Positions 11,808 to 24,969 are shown, counted from the first letter of the stretch. The stretch: 64,000 nucleotides of DNA from Paraspadella gotoi (GCA_051294375.1 CM119267.1:10101458-10165457), one strand, 5' to 3'. Notes: generated by a model not told the origin, from the sequence alone. Numbers and translations: made by a program.

Positions 11808-13470
11808 AATCATAATAAAAAACAATGTTGTTAATTTTTTTTTTCTAAAAAATCCAAGAAAGTTTCCTTCTATTTTTAATCATTAACCAAAGATTTTAAC
11901 TCAAAAATAATAAAAATGAACAGTCTATTGAAAATTCCTTGAAAAATGTTTATCTAATTAAAAACAACTATATAAGTGACTCCCAAACCCTGGTCACCAA
12001 ACTTGGTTAAATCGAATAGAATATTTTTAGCTATTAATTTTATTTTACAAATTTATTTTGTCTTTCATGAAAATATCTAAAAAACTATTTGGGCTAAAAC
12101 CAAGTTGAATATCTCTCTCTGTTTTTTCCACATTTCTGATTCTCATTCTGATCTGATCACTTTGAGTCATGACCGTGATCATAATTTTAGGCCACCTGTA
12201 CCATAACCTTTAAAGCGTCTGAATCGCTTGGAAACCGGTCATCATAAGAGGTCTGCTCACTTTAAGGCGCATTGCAAGTCCATCAGTTAAAAAACTCCTG
12301 CAACGAGTACGTATCGAAAAAGGAATTACAGCAGACATGATTTTGTTATTCATTCACAAGAAGAAGCCATGTCGTCACATGCAAAAGTGGTCGGAATCGT
12401 GAGTTTCGGCGTCATAAGGCGGTGATCCCGGAAACGGAGATTCAGTCGGGAAGGGAGGGATCAATGGCGGATCTTGGTTGTGACTCCGATGATGGTGGCG
12501 GGAGGAGAGGGAGGGAGGGAGGACAGAGATCCCATCAATGATTTTGGAAATGGGCTCCGCCGGTGGGCAAAGGGAGGAACCACTCGGTGAATGGGCGAAC
12601 CTCCTGCTGAGGAGAAACGTCGAGGAAAGGTGAAATATCTGAAAGATATGAGATGAAAGATGAAATGTGTGAAAGATGTGAGAGATTTCACGAGTAATGA
12701 AAATATCAGACGTCTCATGAATTTGTAAGTTTCCATTGTCTTGGAGTAGCGAGTGGATTTTTAAATAAGTTTTTTTTCTTCCTTTATCATCCCAACAATT
12801 TGCACTTTTTCGTATTGAAAGGGAGTAATGGTCTCTGGTTAAAAGTCATTAAGAACTAAAATAACATAGAAACTAGCGCGTGCTATGGCTTGAACTCTTC
12901 ACCGTGGCGGCGCTGGCGTTCGTAACGGCGGAGACGGCGGTCACATCGCTAACGATTCATAAAGNNNNNNNNNNNNNNNNNNNNNNNNNNNNNNNNNNNN
13001 NNNNNNNNNNNNNNNNNNNNNNNNNNNNNNNNNNNNNNNNNNNNNNNNNNNNNNNGGCGCCGCAATGACCGTCTGTAATTTCCCTTTTTAAAAATAATGA
13101 CAAAATTTCACTTCAAGTATGATTTATTAAATTCGTTGTACCAATTTCATAAATTGAAAAAAAATTCTCAATTTACACTCAATTTACCACAAATTAACAA
13201 CAAATCGCGAAGAATAAGAAAATTCCCATCGCTCTTTGTCCCATTAGCCTTTGTCCCAGAATCGCTTCTTTTTTTTTGTCTCTGAGTTGATATAATCTCC
13301 TCATCCAAGCCTTCCCCATCGCTGTCTTCTTCCATTTGCGCGGAGCCTCAATGAACGAGGGAGATTCTCGCTCCTCCTTTCCCGCTCATTGTTTTCCGCT
13401 GGTCGCGTCTCGGGACGACGAACCATCTCCTTTCACGACGCCGCGAGTCGAGGCGACGAATGGCGGACAA

Positions 13471-13537
<67 letters not shown>

Positions 13538-14133
13538 GGGCTTTCCAGTCTCGCCATGAATTTCGCGATGAATTTTTAACGAGGCTCGATTTCGCTTTTG
13601 TTCCCATCATCACCGACGTCGTCGTTAACGTTTCGTCCGTTATCGTCCTTCGGTCATATACATATTTCAGCGTCCCCCGGGGTCCGCGCCTTGAAAATTT
13701 ACACGACAACGAATCTATTCTGATGCTAAAGATTCACCTCCCCCTACCACCCGCCCCGCTTGTACGTCAACGTTGTAGCGTGAAGCTTGGTTGGAGGCTT
13801 GGTGGAGTGGTCCGAGGGTGATGGAGTCTGGAGTGGGGTCGAGGAGAGCGAAGGCGTGAAGCGCTTGCCATCGAGTAGACCCAAAAGCCGATTTAACTCT
13901 CCGCCATCTTTGTTTTAAAGACTATCGCTTGTTGTTATCATTCTTACAGCCTCGATCTCGATTTCGTCTTTTCTTTTTTCCTTTTTTTTTTAAACCTTTT
14001 TTTCCCCGTCTTTCCATCTCGTTTCGACGGTCGAGACTTTCAGTCCACAATTAATCATTCGAGTCTGAGATTCCATTTATCTTCTTCTCCTTTTTTAGCT
14101 TTCGACCGATGTTCGCCTTACTCGCCCTTTTGC

Positions 14134-14337
14134 CTCACCCAGATATTGTCTCGCGAAATCTTTGACTCACTCAGATATTGTCTCGCGCAATCTCTGACTC
14201 ACCCAGATATTGTCTCGTGCAATCTCTGACACACCCAGATATTGTCTCGCGCAATCTCTGACACACCCAGTTATTGTCTCGCGTAATCTCTGACTCACCC
14301 AGATATTGTCTCGCGCAATCTCTGACTCACCCAGATA
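14134..14337. repeat. 32-bp minisatellite, ~6.4 copies
   Basis: Unit CTCACCCAGATATTGTCTCGCGCAATCTCTGA starting at 14134, 14166, 14198, 14230, 14262, 14294 and 14326 (partial). Confidence 0.95.
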
Positions 14338-14459
14338 GAGTCATAAGCTTAACATCGCCAAGATATTGTTTATCTCTATATTTCACCAATATATTGTGCT
14401 CACCCATATATGCCTAAAACAGATGTTGTCTCACAAAGTTTTTGTCTCAATTGCCTCAA

Positions 14460-14597
14460 TTGCAGGGACCTGCTATGTCATTATCTTGTAAGAGTGATGG
14501 AGGCCTTAAACCACCAAAGCCTGTTCAAAGTCAGGGGCAAGATAGCTTATTGATTAAATGAATGGATAATTTTTATATTGGTTGTACCAATTTCATA
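14460..14597 (+). repeat. Dispersed repeat family A, copy
   Basis: TTGCAGGGACCTGCTATGTCATTATCTTGTAAGAGTGATGGAG...ATTGGTTGTACCAATTTCATA; near-identical to 37317-37449 and to the reverse complement of 51740-51902. Confidence 0.85.
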
Positions 14598-15290
14598 TGG
14601 TCACTTACAAGTTCAAAATCATCCAGACGGTCCAGGCAAAACGTGTCAAGCAGTCAGCAGGATATATTTCTCATTCAGATATCACCTCATAAAATCCATT
14701 TCCGACTGTATCATCTGTTCTGATTCCCTTCTCCTATATTCTCAGTTCCCATTACTCCGCCGGTCCACTTACCAAATGACCCAATCTTTCCTTCACCCGG
14801 TCTCACATCCTCATCCGGTTTTTGCCTCACCCAATATTCGCCCGAGTCACGTGTTCACGCCCGCCCCCCCTCCTCGCCCTCCGCCCGCTCAGTTCCGACC
14901 ACATTTTTTTCTCACCCACGAATGATTTTTGCAGCTTTTTTCCTCGACTCATAACAGCCTTCGGTCCTCGGCCCTCGCCTTCTTTTTTTTTCCCGGACTT
15001 TGATTGATCCTGGTTTTTTTTTGTTTTTTTTTTTGGCGCGGTAACCATCTCACCTCTTTACACCTTATATAACGTTAATATATATAACGTTAATAACGTT
15101 ATATATAACGTTAGTAATATTAAAAGTACTTTCCTGATCAGTGACCAATGTGACCATTGACTGATCTCAGCCTAGTAATAGTTACATAGAAATTGCAAAA
15201 GTACAACATAACAATTTACACCGTATCGATAAAATGCATTTTGTTTTCAGACAATGAATTTATTTTTAATCATTAATGTTATTAATAAAA

Positions 15291-15331
15291 ACGCACACGT
15301 TTCGGCTATAATGAAAGCTTTCATCAGCGCA
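15291..15331 (-). ncRNA. Hammerhead ribozyme-like motif, probable Penelope pseudo-LTR remnant
   Basis: Minus strand TGCG-CTGATGA-A-AGCT-TTCATTAT-AGCC-GAAA-CGTGT-G-CGT. Core intact, one mismatch at the base of stem II, G at position 17. TTTAAATA upstream and AATAAA downstream on the same strand. Confidence 0.55.
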
Positions 15332-17894
15332 AGATTTGTCAAAAAAAAAAATGTAAACATTAAGCTTAATAACTAGCCCTATTTAAAATATTGTATTTTA
15401 AAATGTAGAGAGGGATGTTAGCGTTTTCCACACTTTCGGCCTCTCTTCCCCAAACCAACTTCATCCCACAATTATTTCTCCCTTCTCGAAATAAACTTTC
15501 CACAACCCACGCATCCACACATTTTTTCTCCTCCGTCCACACCATTGCCCCCCCCCACCTAAACTCTTTTGCACCCCGCGCCCCATCTGGGGCCCAAAAC
15601 CTCGTTCCACGAACGCGTTTGTTTGGCGGGAAATCGAGACTAATCCTTCGGCCGTCTAATCCCAGATCAACGTCGATCCTCTGATTTTGTTGATACCCAA
15701 ACTCGAGTCTATCCGTCTTGCTGTCTGTCTGTCTATCCCTCTTTCCGTTCGTCCGAAAGAAACTGTCACCGGCTACGTTTTTGATGTTGACGAATATTGG
15801 GGATATTAAGATGTTGTAAAGTTAAAATATTATTGATAATGATTATTTTTTTTAATTGGTCCACGATAATGAGTAACCTCTTTCTTGATGTTCGAGTCAC
15901 TGCGACTCACGACGACGATGATGACAAAGACGACGACGACGATGATGATGATGACGACGTCGCAATTTTCGATAAAAATCTCCCACGATTCGACCCTAAA
16001 TTTGACCGCAGTTTCCCCTCCCTTCTCTTTTCCTTTTCTCTTTATTTCCATTTTCCTTTCTTCTTTTCTCCTTTCTTTTTCGTTTGTAACTCAGATCTCT
16101 CTCTCTCTCTCTCTCTCTCTCNNNNNNNNNNNNNNNNNNNNNNNNNNNNNNNNNNNNNNNNNNNNNNNNNNNNNNNNNNNNNNNNNNNNNNNNNNNNNNN
16201 NNNNNNNNNNNNNNNNNNNNNNNNNNNNNNNNNNNNNNNNNNNNNNNNNNNNNNNNNNNNNNNNNNNNNNNNNNNNNNNNNNNNNNNNNNNNNNNNNNNN
16301 NNNNNNNNNNNNNNNNNNNNNNNNNNNNNNNNNNNNNNNNNNNNNNNNNNNNNNNNNNNNNNNNNNNNNNNNNNNNNNNNNNNNNNNNNNNNNNNNNNNN
16401 NNNNNNNNNNNNNNNNNNNNNNNNNNNNNNNNNNNNNNNNNNNNNNNNNNNNNNNNNNNNNNNNNNNNNNNNNNNNNNNNNNNNNNNNNNNNNNNNNNNN
16501 NNNNNNNNNNNNNNNNNNNNNNNNNNNNNNNNNNNNNNNNNNNNNNNNNNNNNNNNNNNNNNNNNNNNNNNNNNNNNNNNNNNNNNNNNNNNNNNNNNNN
16601 NNNNNNNNNNNNNNNNNNNNNNNNNNNNNNNNNNNNNNNNNNNNNNNNNNNNNNNNNNNNNNNNNNNNNNNNNNNNNNNNNNNNNNNNNNNNNNNNNNNN
16701 NNNNNNNNNNNNNNNNNNNNNNNNNNNNNNNNNNNNNNNNNNNNNNNNNNNNNNNNNNNNNNNNNNNNNNNNNNNNNNNNNNNNNNNNNNNNNNNNNNNN
16801 NNNNNNNNNNNNNNNNNNNNNNNNNNNNNNNNNNNNNNNNNNNNNNNNNNNNNNNNNNNNNNNNNNNNNNNNNNNNNNNNNNNNNNNNNNNNNNNNNNNN
16901 NNNNNNNNNNNNNNNNNNNNNNNNNNNNNNNNNNNNNNNNNNNNNNNNNNNNNNNNNNNNNNNNNNNNNNNNNNNNNNNNGGTAAGAGAGAAAAAGAAAT
17001 CGAAGTAAACAAACCGTAAACAACAACAACGATAACTGAGAAAAACTTTGGAAAAAATGGATAGGAGAATTTACGAGAGAAAGACGAGAGAGGCGCTCGA
17101 GAAGGAGACGCTTGTTCTTTTGTTTTTTCGTCCGGATTTCGCTACGCATTTTTGGTTGTTTTTTTTTTGGAAAAACAGCCTCCTGACGTTTATCGAGTTA
17201 TTTTACGTGATATATAAACTTGTGTTCGACATCTACTTTTCGTGGTGCGACGCATCGTAATTTTGCGGCTTTGAGAAATAAAGAGAAATGTGGTTTTTTT
17301 CCCCCGGCCGCTACATAAGACCGCGCGGCGATGTAAACTTACCATAAATATCTGAGCGAGTGGAAAGAATATCGTTGTGAAACCTCCGCAAAAATCGGGC
17401 GAGAGAAAACATTTCATTCTTCCTTTTAATATTTATCCCCCCGAGGGATTAAAGAGTTCCGACTTGTATAAATTCGATAAACTCTGAATCGGCAGACGGC
17501 GGCCATTTTGAAAACGTCTCTCGCGAAAGAAACAAGAGTCGAGTCTGTCTTTCATTCAATGACTTCACTCATTCCAATTACATCCTTCATCCCACCAACC
17601 CGGATTACACATTATCTCGTCACATCAGTATTGTTACCTTTTTTCCACTAAAATCTTTTTTCATTCTTTGTGGTATTGTGATCACCCGTTCCCGCCGTCT
17701 GCTGTCTTCCCGCCGTTCTCTTATTCACAGCACAAACGCGCCTTGCAGCCTCTTCTCTCTCTCTTCTCTCTCCGTCCCTCCCTCTCGGTGCCTCTTCGTC
17801 CCTCTCTCTTCTCTCTCTCTCTCTCTCTCACTCTCTCTCTGGCTCTCGGGTTCTAGACGCGCCGGCAATACGTTCCTCCGTCGAAACACTCAGC

Positions 17895-18845
17895 TCGGTT
17901 CTATGTAAAACATTCAGTTTTCATGATCCAAACAAGGAAAGGGGGCGGGACGCGAGTTGCCGCCTTCTCTCTGCTACGTATCACTTTTTTCTCCCCCCCT
18001 CCTCTCTCTCTCTCTCTCACTCTCTCTCTCTTTTTCTCATTCCCTCAATCTCCACATCGACCAGAGATCCATTCCTATTCTCGGAAGGTAAACAAAAAAG
18101 ATGTGAATAGGATTTTCTTTCGCGATTTTCTCGAGGGGAATTTTCAAAACTACTCTTCGTCCAATGTTCCTTCTCTTTTCGAGCCCTGTAACTCGCGAGA
18201 ACTCCCCCGGGTCTCTCTCTCGCTCTCTCTCTCTCTCTTTGACATCCCTGCACAAGCTCACCCTGCCAGTATATTTCGTCGGCGTTCCTTTTCATACTTT
18301 TTCTTCAGTTCTCTGTAATTTATCAGTTTTTACCAATGTCTTCACTTTTTTATCTCTGTCGATAATCTTTCGTCACTCGTTTCTTCAGTCTAGGTCCTTC
18401 TCTGTTATTTCGTCGGTGTATCTTATCTTTTCTTTTTTGGTTACGTTTATGTATTGTGATTTAAAAACTATTCGTTAAACTTTAAACTTTTTCATTAAAC
18501 TAGTTCATGCTTTCATAATAATTTTTTACTTCACATTCCTTTCCGCATTGCTTGCTGTGGTAGCTAAGTTTCACCCCCAGTATATCTAATGTTCTATCTT
18601 AAATTCCTGTTTCTTAGTCTCTCCTCCCTCTCTCTCTCATCTCTCTCTCTCTCGCCTCTACTGTCTCGTCTCGATCTCTCTCATCTGCTCTCCTCTCTCT
18701 CTCTCACAACCCAGCCAATGCCCTCTCTTTGTCTCAAAGAAGGACGGAAAAATAAATCCGGGTCCACCTCCGATTCTCTTTCGGCGAAACTTTCATCGCT
18801 CCACGTCGAACGGACTCGTTTGTAGGAAGAACACCATATTTCTCT

Positions 18846-18885
<40 letters not shown>

Positions 18886-21800
18886 CTCTCTCTTCTCTCT
18901 CTCTCTCCCTCCACGCTCTCTCTCTCCCTAGCCCCACGAGAACGTAACGTTCGTAACGTTGAACTCGCCCCCCGTGACACTCGCGTTACTTGATTCCATC
19001 TCATCGTCTTTATTTTTCTTTTTCCTCTCCTGTATCTTTTTCTCTTCCCTATTTTCTTCTCGCTCTCCCCCCTCTCTCTTCTCTTCTTCTTTCATATCGG
19101 CTCGATTTTTATCCTGGAAAATTTGCCTTTAGTCTTGCAAATAGCATCATTACCAGCTCGCTTTCTCAATGCATTTTGGCATTCGCCAATGGGCCAAGGA
19201 AAGGAGAAGTATTAGCTCGACCTCATGGCTGGGTGTTCAAGATGGAAAAAAAGGTCCTTCCAAGATCTCGAAAGGTCCTTGTGACGTCGCGAGTGGTTCC
19301 TTCAGGCGGCTCGAAATCGATAAACTCCAGAGAACTGGTTTGATCTCCTTCTCCGGACTCAATTTTTACAAAGTTTCCCGATCGAACAATCCTTTTTCCA
19401 TCCTCATCCCGCGACCCACGAAAAGAGTCTATCCATATTCGTCTCGGCTTCGAGTCCAAGTAGGTCTTTGGGTTTCAAGCTTCCAGTAAACTCTCGGTCC
19501 CCGGTCCCATGTTCAAGGAGCCATACGCGGAGAGGTTCCAGAGTTCAAGGACCTACGGATCTAAGAACCTGATCATCGTGGATCACATCCCAATGTTCTT
19601 TCGAGACGAAGACACAAGAAAAAAAAGTTTTTATCTCGATTAATTTTTCTCGGAATTTCAGTTTTTTTTCTCTTCTCTTTGTTCGTTCCTTTTCGTTCGT
19701 TCCTTCTTCGTTCCATCGTTCGTTCCTTCGTTCGTTCTCGTTCGTTCCTCTTCGTTCGTTTCCTTCGTTCGTTCATTCGTTCGTTCGTTCGTTCCTTCGT
19801 TTCGTTCGTGTCGTTCCTTCCTTCGTTCCTTCCTTCGTTTCTGCCTTCTTCGTCTCTTCCTTCGTTGGCTTTCATTCGTCCGTCGCTTCGTTCTTCGTTC
19901 CATCTTTTCCTCCTATCTCTAGACGATCCCGCTTCGTTCGGACCCGCCGAGGATCCATAAAAGACATCGGGTCTATTCGCATAGCCAGAACTCCGCAGCA
20001 GCGCGGCCTCTCGGCGCCGCTTCCGCCGATGCCGTCGGCGATGTGGGTTTCACTTCCGTCCGCAGCCGCAAGCCGCAGAGACGCGAGCAACCGTTAACGA
20101 CCCCCACCAGTCGGCGCGTGTTTCGGTTGTGCGTCGGTCAGACCTTGGCGAAAACGTCATTTCAGCTTGGGACACCTTTGATCGATGCGGCGTCATCACT
20201 ATAAATTATATTAGTATTTATTGTACAAAACTGTACATATATTGAAAATAATTTTTGTTGCACAAAACTGAATACAGCATAATTTTTCTGTGTGTTTTCA
20301 TAAACAACATACAAGGATACATAATTTAGTAAATTGGATATATAAGTGGATGAGATAATATTCAAGNNNNNNNNNNNNNNNNNNNNNNNNNTCTCTCTCT
20401 CTCGACAATCGTCTCTCAGGGTCTATTGTAAAAATTCAGTTTTCATTGATCCAAACAAGGAAAGGGGGCGGGCACGCGAGTTGCCGTCCTTTCTCTTCTA
20501 CTATCACTTTTTTCTCCCCCCCTCTCTCTCTCTCTCTCACTCTCTCTCTCTTTTTCTCATTCCCTCAATCTCCACATCGACCAGAGATCCCATTCTGATT
20601 CTCGAAGGTAAACAAGAAAAGATGGAATTAGTGATTCTTCTTCGGGATTTTCGCTCCAGGGGAATTTTCAAAACTACTCTTCGTCCATGTTCCTTCTCTT
20701 TTCGAGCCTGTGAATCCGCGGAACTCCCCCGGGTCTCTCTCTCGCTCTCTCTCTCTCTCTTTGCTCCCTGCAACAAAAGTGTACCCTAGCACACGTTACT
20801 TCCGCGCTGTCATTTATCGTTTTGTTCTATGTTTTCTCTTTGTATTAATCCATCTTCTCCCATTGTTCTCTTTTCTTTGTCTTGTCAATTTTGTCTGCAT
20901 CCTTTGGTCGACCTTTCCTCTATTGGTCCTCTTTATTTCTTGTCGGTTATCTTTTCTCTTTCCCTTTTTTGGGTTACGTTGTATGTATTTGTTTAAAAAC
21001 TATTCGTTAAACTTTTAAACTTTTTCATTAAACTAGTTCATGCTTTCATAATAATTTTTTACTTCACTTCCTTGTTCCGCTATTGCTGTGCTAGTAGCCT
21101 AAATTCACTCCCAGTAAATCTAATGTTCTATCTTAAATTTCCTGTCTTTTTTCTCTCCTCGCATCTCTCTCTCTCTCGCTCTCCCTGGTCTCTCTCCTCT
21201 CTCTCTGCTCTCTTCTCCTCTTCTCTCTCTCTCACACCCAGCCAAATGTCCCTCTCTTTGTCTCAAAGAAGGACGGAAAATATAATCCCGTCCACCTCCG
21301 ATTCTCTTTGGCGAAAACTTCTGCTCCACTGCGAACGGACCTCGTTTTGTAAAAACACATTTCTCTCATCCTCTTCCTCTCTCTCTCTCTCTCTCTCTCT
21401 TCTCTCCTTGTCTCTCTCTCTCTCCAGGCTACTCTCTCTCCTGCCCCGGTAGACCGTCCTCCCTACCCGTAATCGTATTGAACTCGCCCCCCTGTGACAC
21501 TCGCGTTATTGATTCCACTCATCGTCTTTATTTTCTTTTTCCTTCCTTTCTTTTTCTTTTTCTTCCCTATTTTTTCGTTCCCCCTTTCTTTTATTCTCTT
21601 TCATATCGGCTCGATTTTTATTCCTGGAAAATGTTTATCTTGCAAATAAGAATTACCAGCTCGTCTCATGCATTTTGCATTCGGCCAAGGAAGAAGGGAG
21701 AAGTTGTTAGCTCCGACTCTGGCGGGTTAAGAATGAAAAAAAGGTCTTGCCAAGACTCTCGGTGTCGCGATGGTTCTCGGGCTCGAAATCGACTAAACTC

Positions 21801-22832
21801 CAGAGAACCTGGTTTGATCTCTCTTCTCCGGACTCAATTTTTACAAAGTTCCCGATCGAACAATCCTTTTTCCATTCCCGCGACCCAGGGTCAATCATTT
21901 CGCCGGCTTCGAGTCCAAGGTCTTTGGGTTCAAGCTTCATAAATCTCGCCCGGTCCCCATGGTTCAAGGAGCTTCCCGGAGGTTCCAGGTTCAAGGACCT
22001 TGGATCTAAGAACCTGATCAGTGATCACATCCCAATTTTCTTTCGAGGACGAAGAACAAAAAAAAAAGTTTTTTCTCGATTAATTTTTCTCGGAATTCAG
22101 TTTTTTTTCTCTTCTCTTTGTTCGTTCCTTCGTTCGTTCCTTCGTTCGTTCNNNNNNNNNNNNNNNNNNNNNNNNNTCTCTCTCTCTCGACAATCGTCTC
22201 TCAGGGTCTATTGTAAAAATTCAGTTTTCATTGATCCAAACAAGGAAAGGGGGCGGGACGCGATTCCGCCTTTCTCTCTCTCTTCACTTTTTTCTCCCCC
22301 CCCCCTCTCTCTCTCTCTCTCACTCTCTCTCTCTTTTTCTCATTCCCTCAATCTCCACATCGACCAGAGATCCCATTCATTCTCGGTAAACAAAAAAGAG
22401 AATAGGATTCTTCTTCGGATTTTCGGGGAATTTTCAAAACTACTCTTCGTCCATGTTCCTTCTCTTTTTCGCAGCCCTGTAAACCGGAACTCCCCCGGGT
22501 CTCTCTCTCGCTCTCTCTCTCTCTCTTTGACATCCCTGACTACCCTGACGCTATACTTTCCCGTTTCTTTTCGTTTGTCGTAATTTCTCCTCGCCAGTCA
22601 GGTCCTCCTGTTAATTTCGTCGGTGGTATCTTTTCTCTTTCCACTTTTTTGTTACGTTTATGTATTGTGTTTTAAAAAACTATTCTTAAACTTTAAACTT
22701 TTTCATTAAACTAGTTCATGCTTTCATAATAATTTTTTACTTCACTTCCTGTTCCCTTGCTGTCTTAGCTAAGTCACCAGTAATCTAATGTTCTATCTTA
22801 AATTCCTGTCTTTTAGTCTCTCCTCCCTCTCT

Positions 22833-22871
<39 letters not shown>

Positions 22872-23025
22872 TCTCTCTCCTTCTCTCTCTCTCACACCCA
22901 GCCAACCTCTCTTTGTCTCAAAGAAGGGGAAAATAAATCCGTCCACCTCCGATTCTCTTTGGCGAAAACTTTAGCTCCCACTCGAACGGACTCGTTTTGT
23001 GAGGAAAACACCATTCTTCTTCTCT

Positions 23026-23105
<80 letters not shown>

Positions 23106-24290
23106 AGCCGCGTAATTCGAATTGAACTCGCCCCCCTGTGACACCTGCGTTATTATTCCATTCATTCGTCTTTATTTTCTTTTTCCTTCCTTTCTTTTTC
23201 TTTCCCTATTTTTTCCGTCCCCCTTTCTTTTATTTCTTTCATATCGGCTCGATTTTTATCCTGGAAAATGTTTATCTTGCAAATAAGAATTACCCAGCTC
23301 GTCTCATGCATTTTGGCATTCGGCCAAGGAAGAAGGGAGAAGTGTTAGCTCCGACTCAGGCGGGTTAAGATGGAAAAAAAGGTCTTGCCAAGACTCTCGT
23401 GTCGCGATGGTTCTCGGCTCGAAATCGATAAATCCAGAGAACTGGTTTGATCTCTCTTCTCCGGACTCAATTTTTACAAAGTTCCCGATCGAACAATCCT
23501 TTTTCATTCCGCGACCCAGGGTCATCATTTCGCCGGCTTCGATTCCAAGTGGTCTTTGGTTCAAGCTTCATAAATCTCGCCCCGGTCCCATGGTTCAAGG
23601 AGCTTCCCGGAGGTTCCAGGTTCAAGGACCTTGGATCTAAGAACCTGATCACTGATCACATCCCAATTTTCTTTCGAGACGAAGACAAAAAAAAAAAGTT
23701 TTTTCTCGATTAATTTTTCTCGGAATTCAGTTTTTTTTCTCTTCTCTTTGTTCGTTCCTTTTCGTTCGTTCCTTCGTTCTCCATCGTTCGTCCTTCGTTC
23801 GTTCCTCGTTCGTTCCTTTCGTTCGTTCCTTCGTTCGTTCCTTCGTTCGTTCGTTCGTTCCTTCGTTCGTTCGTTCGTTCCTTCCTTCGTTCCTTCCTTC
23901 GTTTCTTCCTTCTTTCGTTTCTTCCTTCGTTCTTTCATTCGTTCCTTCCTTCGTTCTTTCGTTCCATCTTTTCCTCGCTATTTTAGACGATTCCGTCGTT
24001 CGACCGCCGAGGACCATAAAACATCGTCTATTTCCGATAGAGAATCGACAGCGCGGCTTCGGCGCCGCTTCCGCCGATGCCGTCGGCGTGTGGCGTCACT
24101 TCCGCCGCAGCCGCAGCCGCAGAGACGCGAGCAACCGTTAACGACCCCCGTCGGCGGTGTTTCGGTTGGCGTCGGTCAGACCTTGGGAAAACGTCATTTT
24201 CAGCGTTGACACCTTTGATCGATGCGGCGTCATCACTATAAATTAGTATTAGTATTTATGTACAAAACTGTACATATATGAAAATAATTT
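17895..24290. repeat. Three tandem copies of a ~2-kb segment, probably assembly artefact
   Basis: Copies ~17895-20290, 20392-22151 and 22177-24290, separated by 25-N gaps; copies 2 and 3 begin with an identical ~80 bp. Confidence 0.85.
23750..23962. repeat. Imperfect (TTCG/TTCC)n microsatellite
   Basis: Direct reading; duplicate at ~19680-19900. Confidence 0.85.
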
Positions 24291-24444
24291 TATGAAAAGA
24301 GATTGGTAACTCGTATTAATAGTAAATGATAAAGTGATGAAAATAGCATTTACATAAAGACAGGAGCATTTTTTACATAACATTACATAACATTACAGAA
24401 CAATACGTAATACACATCTCTCAACCCCAATTTTTCGAGTTTCC

Positions 24445-24516
24445 GTTTCGAGTTTCGAGTGTTGACTCTTTAGTGTTGAGTCTTGAGTGTTGAGTCTTGA
24501 GTGTTGAGACTTGAGT
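24445..24516. repeat. Short 7/14-bp tandem repeat (TTGAGTC/TTGAGTG)
   Basis: gtgttgagtcttgagtgttgagtcttgagtgttgagacttgagtc. Confidence 0.75.
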
Positions 24517-24969
24517 CAGCCAAGAAGAGAGACAAACCGACTTCTCTGCCAGAAATTACCCCGTAACTTTGCTAGAATCGAGGTTCTAATTCTCAGACTG
24601 AATGTCTCCCAGGAATAATTTTTACTAGTTATACTCGCAGAGCCACTCTTTAAGTCACTTTTCGGTCGGTCAGTGTTATAAATGCTCAAGAACTCGCCGT
24701 AATACTGCATCGATTTAGTTGATGTACTATGAGGTGCTTAATTTTCAATATTGCGTTGTTCTTTGTGTATATTGTATTTGTAGCGAAAACAGTGGTGGCT
24801 GGTGAAAAAGTGACCTTCGAGATTGACCTTGGTTGTTGGTGATTTAAATCAATAAAATAAGTTTCATAATCATTACAGAAGATCTAGAAACTCAAAAGAT
24901 GGAATCAAATGGAACCGGACTAACCGAAATCGGCTATCGATCGGGAGAAATCACCAAAAATGGAATACT

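Larger units (their letters stand above)
10440..12110. mobile_element. Decayed Penelope-like retroelement, two copies head-to-head (inverted)
   Basis: Inverted arms ~11140-11460 and ~11545-11860, each with a hammerhead motif followed by AATAAA. Outward of each arm are broken reverse-transcriptase-like peptides (left: GLSK...RILVS...KIAKYL, HISDTTEL, ISFT*AISET; right: NYISDSQTLVTKL, FILQIYFVFHENI*). Boundaries approximate. Confidence 0.68.

Noticed and set aside
12600-12626. CTGAGGA-GAAAC-GTC hammerhead-like words
   Set aside because: No stem II between the two core segments.
12880-13068. Signal-peptide-like ORF (VLWLELFTVAALAFVTA...)
   Set aside because: GTG start in a eukaryote, interrupted by a gap, no splice or homology support.
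14134-14337. Palindromic 32-bp repeats as a CRISPR array
   Set aside because: No spacers, no cas genes, eukaryotic context.
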